Assembly (NCBI GenBank): GCA_001643675.2
Contig: LSRY02000008.1
Coordinates: 310,001 to 374,000 of the forward strand
Length of the DNA: 64,000 nt
Source of the DNA: Monocercomonoides exilis PA203
Lineage: Eukaryota; Protista; Preaxostyla
Direction of reading: 5' to 3'
Positions 28,786 through 42,430 of this stretch are shown in pieces. Every line of letters begins with the position of its first letter. Within the stretch, counting starts at the first letter, position 1. The position numbers and the translations under genes were made by a program. Below the pieces are notes generated by a model. That model saw nothing but the letters and a program-made list of their open reading frames with translations, had not been told where the DNA came from and did not search any database.

Positions 28786-29858
28786 ATCATGGGAGGGAGA
28801 GGAGGAAGGAAGTGGAATAGATGAAAAAACAGACGAAATATGTTTATTTTCGAACAAATTGAGAAAATATTTTCTTCTGTTGCTTCTTACGAGAAGAGGC
28901 GAAAAGAGAGAACAACATTATTTGTGTCAAATGGAAGAGAAGTGAATTGGGCATATTTTTTGTAGAATCTAACAGAAAAAGAAAAATTAAATTAAGAATT
29001 GAATTATGCATAAACCGATTTCCTCAATAAACGAAGTTTTCTTTAAGATAATCAAATATTATATTTCATGCTATAAACCCATTTCAAATTTCGAATTTTT
29101 TGTTGATCTGCAATTTACAGAAATGATAATTTTTTGACTGTGAATGGTACAAATGTTATAAAGAAGTGATTAATAAACATTGAAACGATTTCTGCAAATT
29201 TCTAAGTAATTTAAATCTTTTATTGATCGAAAAGATCAAATTGAACGATTTTCAGAAAGAATATTTTTGAAACATTTTTTTGAAAAAAAATTTTTCATTT
29301 TTTAATTTCTATCGATGAAATATATTTTTGTACTTTATTATTTTTCGCAATTGAAAAATGAACTTTTTGTTAAAATTAATAACTAATCTTAAATAAAATT
29401 GTTTTAAAATTCCAATTTATTCATTTGTTGTGACATTAATATTCTCAAATAAAATATTTATTTTATATAAAACTTTTATTGCGATAGAGATGCTCATTTT
29501 TTGTAACTAAATATTTATTATCATTTTTCAAAATGATAATTATTTTGTTGTTTGATGTTATATTTTTTTCTGATGATATGGAAAAGGAGATAAAATTCAT
29601 GTCAGTTTTGAACTTTCGGAAATTTTCCGAAGGACAGTAATAAATATGAATTATTTATTTTTGGAAGATCTTTTATTATTCGATTTGTCAATTTTTTTTT
29701 GGGGTCAATTCAAAGCCCTAACATTATTAAAGAATAAAAAAATAAGTATTATTAAATCAAACAACTGCTTATGAATCTCTAATATCATCAAACCATTATA
29801 AAAACACTTTCAAAATAAAAAAGTCTTTTTCAAAACCTCAATCAACTCTTTATTCTCG

Positions 29859-32800
29859 ATGCAAAGTTATTTGGAATGAAATTAAGCGCATCGGCGGAGA
29901 TGACGTGGATTCGTTGCTTGCCTATTTGTTTTACACTTACAGGCAATCATCTTCAGTAATTAACGATTTGCTGAAGTCTTTGAATGGTTTGGCTTTAATT
30001 ATTTGGATTGAGTGAAACATGTCATTTCAACTCTCTGTTATTTTTTTCTATTTGATTTGTTATTTATTTATTTTTTTTGAAACAGAATATCACATTTAGC
30101 TGCTGGAAGACCTGTCAGTGGTGTACAACAACGCTCCATTGCACACTCAGACAACAATGCTGCAGGCGTTGTCTCGAAACACATCATTGTCCGATCTACA
30201 CGACTATGGATATGATGTGACAGAAGGCAAATTTATTAACGCGAAGCAAACACTCAAAAAGAACCAAGAATTAATCATTCCGCCTCAAAAACCTCACCTT
30301 CCGTCTTGCAAAAGTGGTTTGTGTTCATTTTATTTTTTTTGCATAATTTTCTCTGTTTATTTTAGGCTTAAATGAACAGGACTGGGAAAAGGGCAACAAC
30401 TGGGTGTTGGCCCATTCGACTGAAGCCTCAACTTCGCTTCAATCTGCAAAAAAAAAGCAGCGAGCTGAGCTAGACTATGAGAGATTTATTGACAAAGCAG
30501 CTTGTGTGAAGAAATTATCACAGAAAATTCTTCTTCATATTAAAAACAATCTTCTTCATCTTCAACACCAACTCAACAAAATGGAAATTCAAATTCCATT
30601 TCAAAAAAAAATTCTTCTTCAACAAATTCTTCTCCATCTCAAGCTGTTGATGCTCCAATCAGTACTCCAATTAGGAGAGAAAGGGGTTCAACAAAAAGAA
30701 AAACAAATAAATCATATCAAAAACGTCATTCGTCTTTTTCACCCATTTCAATTCACAAATTCTTCAAAACAAAGCAATCGTCATCCACTTCCTCCTCTTC
30801 CTCCTCCTCTTCTTCTTCTTCCTCTTCCTCCTCTTCTTCCTCTTCTTCTTCTTTTTCTTCTTTCCCCTTCTCTCTTTCTCTTCTTCCTTCCCTTTCTCTC
30901 TTTCTCTCTCTCTTTTCCTGTCTGAATTCACTTTCTATTCTTATTCTCATCATTTTCATTTCCTTCATCATTCCTTCCCTTTCAGCCACACACAAAATTC
31001 TTCTTCTTCTTCTTCTTCTTCTTCTTCTTTTCCCTCTTCTTCCTCTTCTTCCTTATCTTCCTTTTCTTCCTCTTCTTCCTCATCTTCCTCATCTTTTTCA
31101 TCCTCCTCATCCTCCACATCTTTCAAAAAGAAAGAAAAAGAAAATATAAATTCTTTTTCTATTGAAGAATCTTCAACTTCCTTTTTCAACGATGATGTGT
31201 GTGTTAGTGATCAATTAATTGAATATTCCACTTCACCGACTCTTATTCCTCCACAAGCATTTCAGAATCTTTTTTCATCATTTTCAAAAGAGAACAACAC
31301 TTATTCTTCTCAACATAACACACCATCCGATGAGAATGTTATTTCACATCATGATAATACTGCATGGATCACGATGAATAACAATCAAACAGATTTTCCT
31401 CATTCAAATTCTTCTCCTTCTTCATCAACCTCTTCAAAAATTATATCATCACATTCTTCTTCATCAACATCAATAAAAGGATTAATCAATTTTGGAAACA
31501 CATTCTATCTTGCATCTCTTCTTCAATGCATGTCTTCTATCATCACACAAAAGCCATCTTTTTACAAAAAACAAACAGCTTTAAAAAACACATCTTCGCA
31601 TGTTATTAGTGTTTGCCAACAACTGGCAAAAGATGGAATGAAAGTGCGTTCATGGGTCCCTTCTCTTATTGACAAATGGGAGGATTTCTGCAACTATGGT
31701 AGCAGACAGCAGCAAAACGTGGCTGAGGCATTTGACAATCTTCACCAACTTCTTCAAAAAGATGAGTTGATAAATAAGGACACCTTCAATCCTGTTTTAA
31801 TCACTCATTTCAAATGCCAAAAATGCCAAAAAATATCAAACCGTTTCGATGAAATGTGAAACAATATCGTTATCAATTCTTCTTCTCCTCACAACTGTCT
31901 ATCATCTCTTTTTGCGACTGAAGTTTTAAATGGAAAGAATAGTGTTTATTGTGATGCACGCAAGGATAAATGCTGTTCTGCGAGATGGGAGGAAATGGCT
32001 GCATTTCCAGAGGTGTTGGCCCTCTGTCATGAATGCACTGATTCTGCTTGTTCTGCATCTTCGATAACGCTTCTGATTGAAACTGATTGTGTTAACCAGC
32101 GCACTTTCTGCAAAGGGTTATCAACAGAAAACATTCAACTTTTTCAAAAAGATAATCAGGAAACGATCATTTATCAACTTTCTGGACAAATACTATTCAA
32201 ACGTTTGGATCAACAAAACGGACATCACATCGCAGTTGTGAAAAGGAAGACAAGAAGTGATGTATTGTGGAATATTTGCAATGATGAAAGTGTTTCGGAA
32301 TTTGATAAAGATAATTGGAATTCATCATGGAAAGATCTTTTCTCCCAGGGTTACACACCTTCACTTTCATTCTATATCAAAGAAAAAACAAAGCCAACAC
32401 TGTCTTCTTTTCAATTTGGTGGTTCCTCCTCTTCTTCAGAAACATCAAATAACAACACTTTAAATAACACATCAACAACAACAACATCATCATCATCGTC
32501 TCCATTCATCACTCCACCTCATCGTTCAACTTCCATTCCTCCACTTTCTTCGTCAATTTCAACAAGTTATGGATTGGAAGCACTTTAGGAAAGAAGAAAG
32601 AAAACGGGTATCTTTTCTCCCAATGAAAAGAGATTAATCTTCAAGCCCAAGACAAAATTATGGAAATAGTTTTCCGAAGAAACAAATATCAAAGTTTCAT
32701 TGCTCCACATCTACAAACTCACTACCAACTTTTCGAAAGCGAAAAGACGTACAGATCTTTGTGGAATGTTTGAGAAGTTGGACTATCTTGTAAACAAATA

Positions 32801-33869
32801 AAAGTCATCTTAAAACAAAAATGGACTGTCTGAAGCAGAGTTTCACACACTCAAACTTCTTCGTCAACATCGTCTTGTTGCAGAAATGCAACGAAAACAT
32901 TATCAATGAACAGTTGATAATCTAAAAGAGGGAGAGGCAGTCTTCGTTTTCGACCTCAAAGAGAAGTGGAAACTGCCAATCCGAAAGAACCAACTTCAAC
33001 AAGAGTTCTTTAACTATCAACAAGTCTCCCAATTCACAATCATCTCACTTCAAAAAAGAAATAATCAACAAATAAAAAAAACTTTCAACTTCTTCTCCGA
33101 CTGCCTCTCAAATGATCACAGATTTGTTATTGAGTGTCTGGAATCTGTGATCAAAAGACACTTCTTCACAGACACTCACACTTTTATGTTCTTCTGCGAT
33201 TCGGGTCCACACAACCGAAATCGCTTCCTTCTTCACTTCATCCTCTCCAAACAATCCATACTTCTCAAAAAGGGAAATACACAACTCAATTTCTTCACTG
33301 AGCACCATGGAAAGAATATCTGTGATAGTGAATTTGGTTCATTAGTTAATGCAATTGACAACAATCTTTCAACTGAACACATCACAGCACTTCATTACTT
33401 GATCAACTTCTTCGAAAACAACATGAACACTTCAACATCAGCTTCTTCAACTTCTCAATCAAACATTTTCTCAACATCATCATCAAACACTTCACAATCT
33501 TCAACATCTGTCAATAACTTTGAGCATGAGAGGTTCTTTGAAGAGTATGTACCATCTCAGCAAATTTCATGGCCATCGCTGTCAGTCCCTCACATGAAGG
33601 ACTTCTTGTATTTTGAGCGCAAGGGCTCATTTGTCTGTGCTTCAGCTGTTGGATATCTTCCTCAACGCTTTCTGTTTGCCCTCGAATCTTCAACAATGAA
33701 AGAAAAAGTTCAACGATCAAGACAGACCTTCAACTCTGATATCACATCATCTAACTCTTCTCTTATTTCTCAATCTTCTCAAGATCTTCTTTCAAAGAGA
33801 TTTGAGCTTCTTCTTAACTCTTCATCTTTCAATGAATCTCAAAATTGTATTAATGGTGTCCCTTATTAA
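29859..33869 (+). pseudogene. Sola-like (Sola2-type) DDD transposase with inserted USP/peptidase C19 domain, inactivated
   Basis: Transposase motifs KRRTDLCG, VFVFDLKE (D~32952), FFCDSGPHNRN, FFTEHHGKNICDSEFG. USP motifs GLINFGNTFYLASLLQC, QQQNVAEAF, GHHIAVVK, WNICNDESV (31479-32390). Two short introns near 29987-30086 and 30317-30365. Multiple stops and frameshifts. Confidence 0.72.
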
Positions 33870-33924
33870 GAAACTAGTTATTGTGTATGCTTAGCTGGCA
33901 CTCTATCGGAAGTGTGCTGGACAT

Positions 33925-34000
33925 GACTGTTCGTATTAGATATTGCAGCATTCGGGCTGCTTTATCCGGACCTGGATACGACGAACAGCCTCCCAGGTGC
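33925..34000 (-). ncRNA. Candidate HDV-like (delta-like) ribozyme or pseudoknot, P3/L3 truncated
   Basis: Minus strand reads P1 GCACCUG/CAGGUCC (6 of 7 pairs), P2 GGCUGUUCGU/ACGAACAGUC (10 bp incl. one GU), GG linker, P4 AUA-GCAGC/GCUGC-UAU and J4/2 CUAAU, in canonical HDV order. Confidence 0.5.
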
Positions 34001-35459
34001 ACAACAGTTAGAATCCGATTGTTTTCTTGTGGTTTTTGTCCCTATAATGTCCCTATAATTAAATTGGTTATTGTCCCGCTTATATATGTATTTATCGAGA
34101 ATCATTAATAGAGAGAGGTGTGAGGGAATTCATTGATCTTTGGGTGAGGTTTTTGGAAGTGAGAGTTGTTGAGAGTGTGAAATGTTGTTTTATCATTGTG
34201 TCTGTCTTTTTTCTTTGTTGGATTTGATCTTTTTGAGTCAAAGTTAGAGAAATATCAGAAAGTGGAGAGTGGATGGAAAATAGAGGGAAAATGGACAAGC
34301 TAGTTTTTGAACTTTAATGTGAGTTTTCCTAAATGTTAGAAATTGTCTTTGATACCATGAATTTGTTGTTATTGTATTGTTATTTCTAATATCATTTATT
34401 GTTCAAAATTGTTGACATTTTGTCGATATTTGGTGAATGTTTTATGATTATGTAATAAAACTTTGTTTAATTGAAAGTTGATGAATCTGATTAGAAAATT
34501 TCTGCCTGTTTTCAATTTTTTCAATGATCAACATCATGAAGTACTTTTTGTTTTTTTATATCATTTTGGCTAATGAATGATCGTTATTTTTTTAACGCAA
34601 TTTTTTTTCATTTCACTGATATTTTATCCATTCGAAAAAAACTCAAATTCGAATATACAAGCATTTTCTCCTTGAAATCATTTTTATTTCTTCCATATTG
34701 CAATGCCATATATAGAAAACAAACACACTCAAAAAAAATTCTTCATGAATTTTTTCTCACAGATCAACAAAAAACTTTTAACTTAAAAATGATCTCTATG
34801 AACATAGAAAATTTTCATTTCTTTGGAATTTGCAGAAATCGTTATAAACCTAATGAAACACTTCAACATTATATAGGAATTATCATGATATATCTAATGA
34901 GCATTTCTGCAAATTCCTGATCAACAAAAAAATGATATTTGTAATGGGATTTCAACGAAGAAAAAGGTTTGAAATTATGTGTTTGATTATCTATTTTTGC
35001 TTATTTTTTGCAACTTATGAAAAATTCTATAATTAAATTTCGAATGCTTTTTCTCTTTTCCTCTTCGAAATTCTTTCACTATTATCCAACTGAATCCTGA
35101 ATAGGATTTTGCTGTTTCCAGTTTCCAATGGAGTGAAAGCAAATTATTCTATGTTTGTCCTTCAAGGTGTTTTATTTATTTTTATTTTTAAATTTTATTT
35201 TCGGGTCTTTTATTTTCGTCTTCTTCTGCTTCGTCAAATGCTGGTTTTCCAGCTTCCTCTTTCCCGATTTCAGGAATTCATACAAAGAATTCTTCATTAC
35301 CTTTATCTTCTGTTTTATTGTTGAGTGTGCCAACAACCACACTTGGCAGAACACTCAAACGAAGCAGAGGGAGAAAAGAGCTTGCTGCCTTCAAGCGGAC
35401 GATCTGTAATAAAAAGAACATGCAGAATCAAGGATAGCTCCACCAGAATTTAAATCAGA

Positions 35460-38400
35460 AGTGCTGGGGCTGACAAACAAGATGGGAGGAAGCGGAAATA
35501 ACATTAATAATAATAATTATTCTAGCAGGAAGAGGAAGAAGCTATTACGTGTGGTGATGAAACAAGTTCCGCTGTGTATCCCACGCAGAAGGACACTGAA
35601 GATGAAGAGGAAGCGAATGATGACTGCAATGAGATTGAGTCAGCAGAGGAAGAAGAGCGAAGGAGGAGCAAGTGCAAATGTGACTGTTCAGAATGCGAGG
35701 AGTTTAGAGTCAACTGTTGTAACATTGAAGAGTTAGAGGAAGCTTGGGAACAAAGAGAAATAAAAGATGAGGAGAAATGAGAAAGGAGAAAGATAAGGAA
35801 AGAATTATTTCTGTGTTTGATGAGTTTCCATCAGATGAATTGGAGTGTGGCAGGCAAAAAGGTGAAAAGCGGAGAGGATAAGCGAGAGTGAAAGGGAAGA
35901 AAAAGCGAAAGGAAGAGCATTTCAATCAAAGACAAGTTCGACGATGAGTTCGTATGATGTGCTGAGTGAGCTGCTTTCGAGAGAGCTGGAGCTGCTGCAT
36001 ATGGAAGATGACAGCATTACATTTGACTCTTCTGAGTCTGACACGAGTGAGACAAGTGGAAGAAGTGAATGAAACACTGATGGGAATGAATATGAAGAGG
36101 AAGTGGATGATAAGGAGGAGGAAGAAGAAGAAGAAGACGTGGAGTTAAACAGGATTCTCAGTGCAAAGATATCCATGACAAGCACACGAGCAAATCGGCA
36201 GACACCGAAAAAGATCAGATTAATTTTGAATATGGCACCTCTACCACATTCAACTCAGCAAAAAACAAGAGAAAACAGCTCAATCGAAGCAACATTTATA
36301 ACAACTGAGATGAAGGACAGGGAGAAAAGAGATTCACTTACGAAATTGATGAAGAACACACTGAAGCAGATACATGGAAGGATCATTCCAACAATCAATC
36401 CAACCGATATTGGACTTTATGCAAATCTCGTTCAGGAAGAGAAAAGCAAGGCAAAGAAGCAAAAAAGAAAGATGTGGAAGAAAGTGAAAGGGAAGAACAT
36501 GAACTATTTGATTCGAAATGAAGAGAGGAAAGAGTGAGTGAACGGAGCAGGTGCAACAGACAGTGAAGAAGCAAAAGAAGACAGCGAAGACAAAGACCTT
36601 GAAGATAGCGATGATAGTTACGTTAGCGGTGATGACGATTGTTTCGATATAACATGATCTGCTGACACGTCAAATGCCTATTAAAACAGACAAGGCAGCA
36701 GAAAGAAAAGAAGACTCAAACACATTCCCTGCTATGAGTTTCACTCCCAAGCAGCGAAAGACGCTTTCATCAACATCCCAAAAGAGCAATCATAAGAAGT
36801 CGCATGTCAATTTCTCACACACTCTGACCATCGTCTGCGGAGAGCTCAATCCGACTTATCTGCAGTTTTCCTTCACTTCAGCCAAGTCCACAAAGGAAAA
36901 CAATGCGAAAGAAGAAGATGAGAATGCAATTGGATCAGAATGAGGCAGAGAAGCGCTGCAGAGCCCGCGCAGAAGACGCAGCAATTACAGTTTGGCTGCT
37001 GTTTCTGTGTCACGAAGACATCTTGTCTTATCTGCCATCAGAGCAGAACTCTGCAGATCAACGCAGACATACCTCAGAACAACTTCAGCGAACGGGTTTG
37101 CCACGGCTTGTTTATTAGCGAGTTTGTCTATCCAGACAGGATATGCAAATGTCAATGCAAGAAGGAGGAGGATGAGGAGCAGATGACTTTGGGAATGCTT
37201 CTGTGTTTGGGAGAAAAGGCAGAAAGATGATAGAGCTGAAGAAGCTGTATGTGCGGTCGATGCAGCAGATTTAGAAAAAAGAAGGAGCTGCTTTGCTTTA
37301 TTCACTCGGAAAGGTGCTATCCCATCTTTTCAACCAGCTTTGGTCACCTCAGCTTCCGAAACCCATTACGATTCCTTCATCTAACGCTTGGGCAACGGGG
37401 GAAGTTTTGGAGAATGCTGCGAACTCGTTTATTACCCTGCTGTGTGGAATGAGGCTGTTTCGTTTGGGAGGAGAAGATGCAGCGAGAGATTCATAAATGA
37501 TTATGAATATAAGAAAGGAGATGAATGTGTGGAGAGGAGAAAGAAGGGCAGCTGTTGAAGGAGGGGACGAGGCAAGAGACAGTTGAGCTGTTCTGTGAAG
37601 AGAGAAAAACATTTGGCACTGTGTCTGATGTGCAGAACAAGATCAATTGAAAGAATGATGGCAATAACTTCTCTTTGGATGCAATGGAAAGAGAGTTATA
37701 TGCAATCAATGCGAATATTCTGCTTGACCCACTTTTGTTTGCTTCGTCTGTCTTTTTTGAAGATGAGCAAATTCAGCTTTCTGCCTTCGAAAATGCCATT
37801 TTCGTTCTTCCTTAAATAACAGCGTGTGTCCCATCCATCGGAGAAATTCTACTCGAACTGACAAATCCATCTTTTCAGTTTGCTCCGCCGCTCATTGAAC
37901 ATCCACAGAAAAAAGAGAAGCATTCAATTCTGCCTTCTTCTCTAAAGTTTTCATGAGTGCTTTTTATCAATGCGTGCCCTCTCATGCTTTTTCATCCACT
38001 CACTTCCATCGTCCACACTCTTCTTTCAAAAATGCTTTCAGTATCTTTCACTTCATCTTCGTGTTCTCCATCCCTTCTCTATTCACCTCATGCGTCACTT
38101 CTTTTTCTGATTCTCAGTCCATGTCATCCTCCAGCACAACACCTTCCATCATCTCGTTCTCCATGCAACACCTCGGCCCTTCTGCAGCTTAGTCCAATCG
38201 CCTGCTGCTTCGTACACTGGCCGCACGCACTGCACTCAACGCTGTTGCAACCGCTCTTCGCAAGCTGATGGTGAAGAAGACCTTGTTCCACGAAATATCA
38301 GCCATTCTCGAGACACACCATAACCAGAAACCTTCTTCTTCTCCTTCGATGTTCATTTCTGCTTCTCTCATTCAGCTGTTGAAGGCTGTTGGTGCTTCAT

Positions 38401-39200
38401 TCACACAACAAGCCACACCTTCCGCTTTTGCTTCCGTTCAGCAAACATCTAAGCCTCAGTCTTCTTCATTGGTATCGAATGTTGCAACAAACGCACAGGA
38501 TATGAATGGATCTTCAAACGCTGCTGCTGATGGAGCTAATACAACTTCAGTTGGCAATGCGATAAATGCATCAGGAACAGTAAGAGGAGGAGTAGAACAT
38601 CCCTGTCAGATAAAGATAGACCAATTCTCAACTACACTTCCACATAAGCTGCAGACAAGCATCACCTCCTCTCAGTAACATCTCTTTTAACTTTCGCAAT
38701 CTCCTTTTCCTTCTCCCTCTTCTCCGTCATTCACATCAAATTATTCTCCATCTTCAATTTATATTCCTTTTCCTTCGACTCATTCTCTTCCACTTCAGCA
38801 TCGTCAACAAACATTTCCTTCATTTTCTTCTCAATTTGATCTTTTTCTTCTTTTTTTCTACCAGCCATCTGAAGTAATTCCTAAGAATTCTGCGATGCGG
38901 AGTCTTTTTTCTTTGTAGACTTCCTCATTTAAAAAAGGATGCTCTATCATCTTTTCCTGCAACTTTCGTCCCTGCTCTGCTTATGTCAATGCCGCAATCT
39001 TCTTCTTCCTCTTCCTCTTCCTCTTTTCTTTCTGTTTCACTTCTCACCTTTCCTATATTCCTCTCATCCAATCCCAAAAACTCTTAAACAAAGACATGAA
39101 ATTCTCCGAATCCGTGAGAAATACGATGAACTCAATACTTATTAATTCGTCTTCTCCGCTTCTGCCTTCTGCGAAATCTCATAATCCTTCTTTTTCTTCT
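35460..39200 (+). pseudogene. Degraded acidic/Ser-rich host gene fragment(s), unidentified
   Basis: Coding-like composition broken into many short same-strand ORFs by stops and frameshifts. Confidence 0.3.
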
Positions 39201-40559
39201 TCGTTCTCTTCCTCTTCTTCCTCTTCTTCTTCGACATTTTTTATTATTTTTCTTCTCCACCGACTTTTTCTGATTTTTGGGCTTCTTCTTCCTGTTCATT
39301 TCAAACTTCTTCATAATAACCAAAAACATCATTTCACACTCTTTTACCATCATCGCTCACTTCATTTGATTGGATTTCTTCATTTTTGGCATCTGTATAA
39401 GATATTTTTTGAGAATATAAAAGGGCATTATCCAAAAAAAGAAACACGTTGAAAATGAGAAGAAGATTGATAAGATGACGAAGAGAGTGAATATATAGAG
39501 AAAAAAGAACATTTTCAGACAGAATACGATGAATGGAAATTGGATGGAAAATAAATTGAAGAGATTTTTAAAGAAAAAAAGAAAATATGGAAAAGATGAA
39601 AAGTTTGAAGAGATAACGATGATGAACCAAAACAGAAAGTGACAACAAAGTTTGAAGCAGTTCGTTGAATATCTGAATCATCCTATATGTAACCACTCAT
39701 TCATGACAGCCCTAAAGCACAGATACGAAGAGCGAGGAAGGGCACTGAGAGTTGGTGCTCAGGAGAACTCATTCGTTGTTGAAAATCCACTTATTGAAAC
39801 CAGGGAACGTTCATTTTTCTTTCCAAAGCAATGAAATGTTGAGTACGGCTGCATCTGAGCAGATGAGGTTGCTGAGCATGGAGTGGTTATTCTGCATAGC
39901 GCTGCTATTGTTGGTGAGTTGAATGATGAAGACGTGAACACAACATTTAATCTTGCCTTACAAGGGAGAGGTGAAGACGGAGTCATCATACTGAAGAAGC
40001 TTTTTGGCTGATTTGATTTTCAAGGAGAAGAAGAAGGGGGATTGGCCAGAGGATTGAGAAGAACAACGCTGCCCGCAACAACGGCAAGATCTGTTGCAAT
40101 GAGATGCTCGAGGGAGCAGCTGGAGCCATCGTTAAACAGGAACACAGGCTGGAAAAACGGATAGCAGATGTGTTGATGCTTGGGAGAAAGAGAGGGAGTT
40201 AGCGGGAAGTGCGCGAAGATCAAAGCAGGTGATGTGGAGGGAATGGACAGATATGTTGGAGATGCAAAGGGTACTTCGGGAAGCACAAAGGTTAGGGTTA
40301 GGTTAGGCGGACAGGCTGGTCGTCTGCGGAAAAGAGGGAGGAGGACACATCAAGGTATCAATCGAAGAAGTCGAAGACTGTGGCGCAGGTGGATATGAAA
40401 GTGGAATGGAAGAAGTGGAAGCTGGAGCGCATGCAAGTGATGAGAAAGGTGACAACAGCAGAGTGGTCGTGTTGCAAAAAAGGAGACAGATCAGAAGAAA
40501 TGGCGATGGGTGTGGCGAAGTGAACAGGGACAAGACTCCACGCAACGGATTTGACGTGC

Positions 40560-41130
40560 TTTTCAGCAAGAGAGGTCGGGGCTTCGATGGAGGAGGAGGA
40601 GGAGATCAAGAGGATGTTGCCGATGGAAAGGGCGATGCGGAGGTTGAGGATGGAGAGGTGGATGGGAGTGGCGCCAGCAGGGCAGGAGCAGTCGAGGAAG
40701 AGGTCTCCACCCCTGCCTGCTGTGCGGGAGCAGATGCACTGTGTTAGGATGCACGCCGACACACTCAGCTGCGACTTGTCGCAGTCAAGGCACATTATTG
40801 CGGCTCCGCACTCGGCCGACTCTTCGCTCACGCAGCTGGTGAGCACACACGCCTCAGCAGCATAGTCGATGGCATATCCCCTCTCTGCATACACCACAGC
40901 TGGCCCATTGCCTGTGCGCACGATGTTGGTGATGTTGGCAGGGTCTAGAGCGATGGCTGTCCTGGGGTCTGGGATAGCCAAGCCAGTCGAAGCAGCCAGA
41001 GCAGGTGGGCAGACGGTCACGAGGGGAGTGCCAGTGAGCAAAGAGGAGAAGATTAAGAGTGGTGTGAATGTCGCAGAAGTAGATAAAGCAGCGATGAAGA
41101 GAAAAGGGCGCGACAAGGATACGGAGGCGA
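40560..41130 (-). pseudogene. Beta-helix family gene fragment
   Basis: ANITNI...CGAAIMCLDC...GRGGDLFLDC within ORF 40358-41365. Homologous to 43400-43760 on the + strand. Confidence 0.55.
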
Positions 41131-42029
41131 GGGCACAGTGGTCGAGGGACATATTCCCTTCTGGTATAAGCACGATAACAAATGCAAGTGGCGTTTGTGG
41201 AGTTAGCATGGAAAACAAGAAGCCAGACAACAGCAGAGCATCTGAGGAGGAAGACATCCAAATGTATAAAAAAGACGAGGAAGAGGATAGAAGACAGAGA
41301 GAGAGAAAGATGAAAAAAAGCATGTGAAGAATTTTGTTTGATGGAAGCATTTTTTGTGCGAACAATGAAAATTCACAAATTGGATTGTTTTATTTTTTAA
41401 AACAATGTTTTTTTTATTTTCATCTGTCACTTCTTTTAACGAATAAATCTTTTAAAGTTCTTTTTTGAATTATTTGTTATTAAATCGAAGGAAACTGCAA
41501 ACTGTTGGTCACCTGTGAAATATCTTGCATAACTATCATATTTGTGTTTTTGTATTTTTGTTAATTGTTTTTTTTCAACATATTTTTTTGGATCTTCAAC
41601 GTCAATTTTGAACTTTCTTTTCTATAACATTATTTGACATTCTTCATTTAAAAAATTGATTTATTGAGCATTGAAACAATTATTATCTTGCTTTTCAAGC
41701 AAGATAACTTATGTTTTGCAATGTTTATTGAAATTTCGATATTTTTTTCGGAAATTATTTTTATATCAAGATATTTGTTATGAAAACAACTTGTGATGAT
41801 TAAAAAACAACTTTTAAATAACAACAACAATATATTAAACTATATTTTCGCACAATTTTACAAATATTTTATCGATTCAACCCCACCATTTATGAAAAAA
41901 ATTTATGATCAAACTTCGTAATTTTTTATGATATCAAAAAAAATCACCCAACTTGTCTTTTTTAACTCATTTAACATTCAAAACTTTTCCATTCAAACCA
42001 ATTGAATATTATGAAAAACAATTTTGAAT

Positions 42030-42430
42030 ATATTATAGAAATACAATTTGTGCATAAAATCCCGGACAAGATCGATTTCTCAATAACCGCAAGAGGGATA
42101 ATTCTGACTATTTTCTTCAAAACACATCTCATCAATACAAACTCATTTGAAATACAAAACTTTCAAAATAGCTTCATTTATGCACAGAAGAAATTTATTT
42201 TTGAAAAAAACCAGAGAAATAGGATTTTGAGTTTCTCCGATTTTTCATTAATAATTTTTTCTGAGCACAAATGAAGCTGAAGTGAAGTCTTGTTTTTCAA
42301 ATGAGTTAGTATTGATGAGGTGTATTTTGAGGAAAATTGTCAGAATTATTCCTCTTGCGGTTATTGAGATCTCGACTTGTCCGGTATTTTTAGCGATGTC
42401 CGGTATTTTATGCACAAACTGTATGATATT
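42030..42430. repeat. Diverged inverted repeat (arms ~165-180 bp), with a third partial copy near 42540-42610
   Basis: TGCATAAAAT...CTCAATAACCGCAAGAGG...GCTTCATTT is mirrored at 42269-42414. Confidence 0.85.

Larger units (their letters stand above)
29046..34992 (+). mobile_element. Putative decayed Sola-like DNA transposon bounded by diverged long inverted repeats
   Basis: Collinear inverted matches 29184-29200/34827-34843 (17 nt exact), 29096-29108/34919-34931 and 29046-29056/34982-34992 flank a transposase pseudogene. Exact ends and TSD not resolved. Confidence 0.45.

Noticed and set aside
33920-33990. SECIS element after ATGA
   Set aside because: No apical AA motif or matching GA quartet at the right spacing.
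33147-34020. Fanzor/TnpB with omega RNA
   Set aside because: The upstream ORF has Sola-like DDD motifs, not RuvC plus zinc finger. The RNA structure fits the opposite strand.
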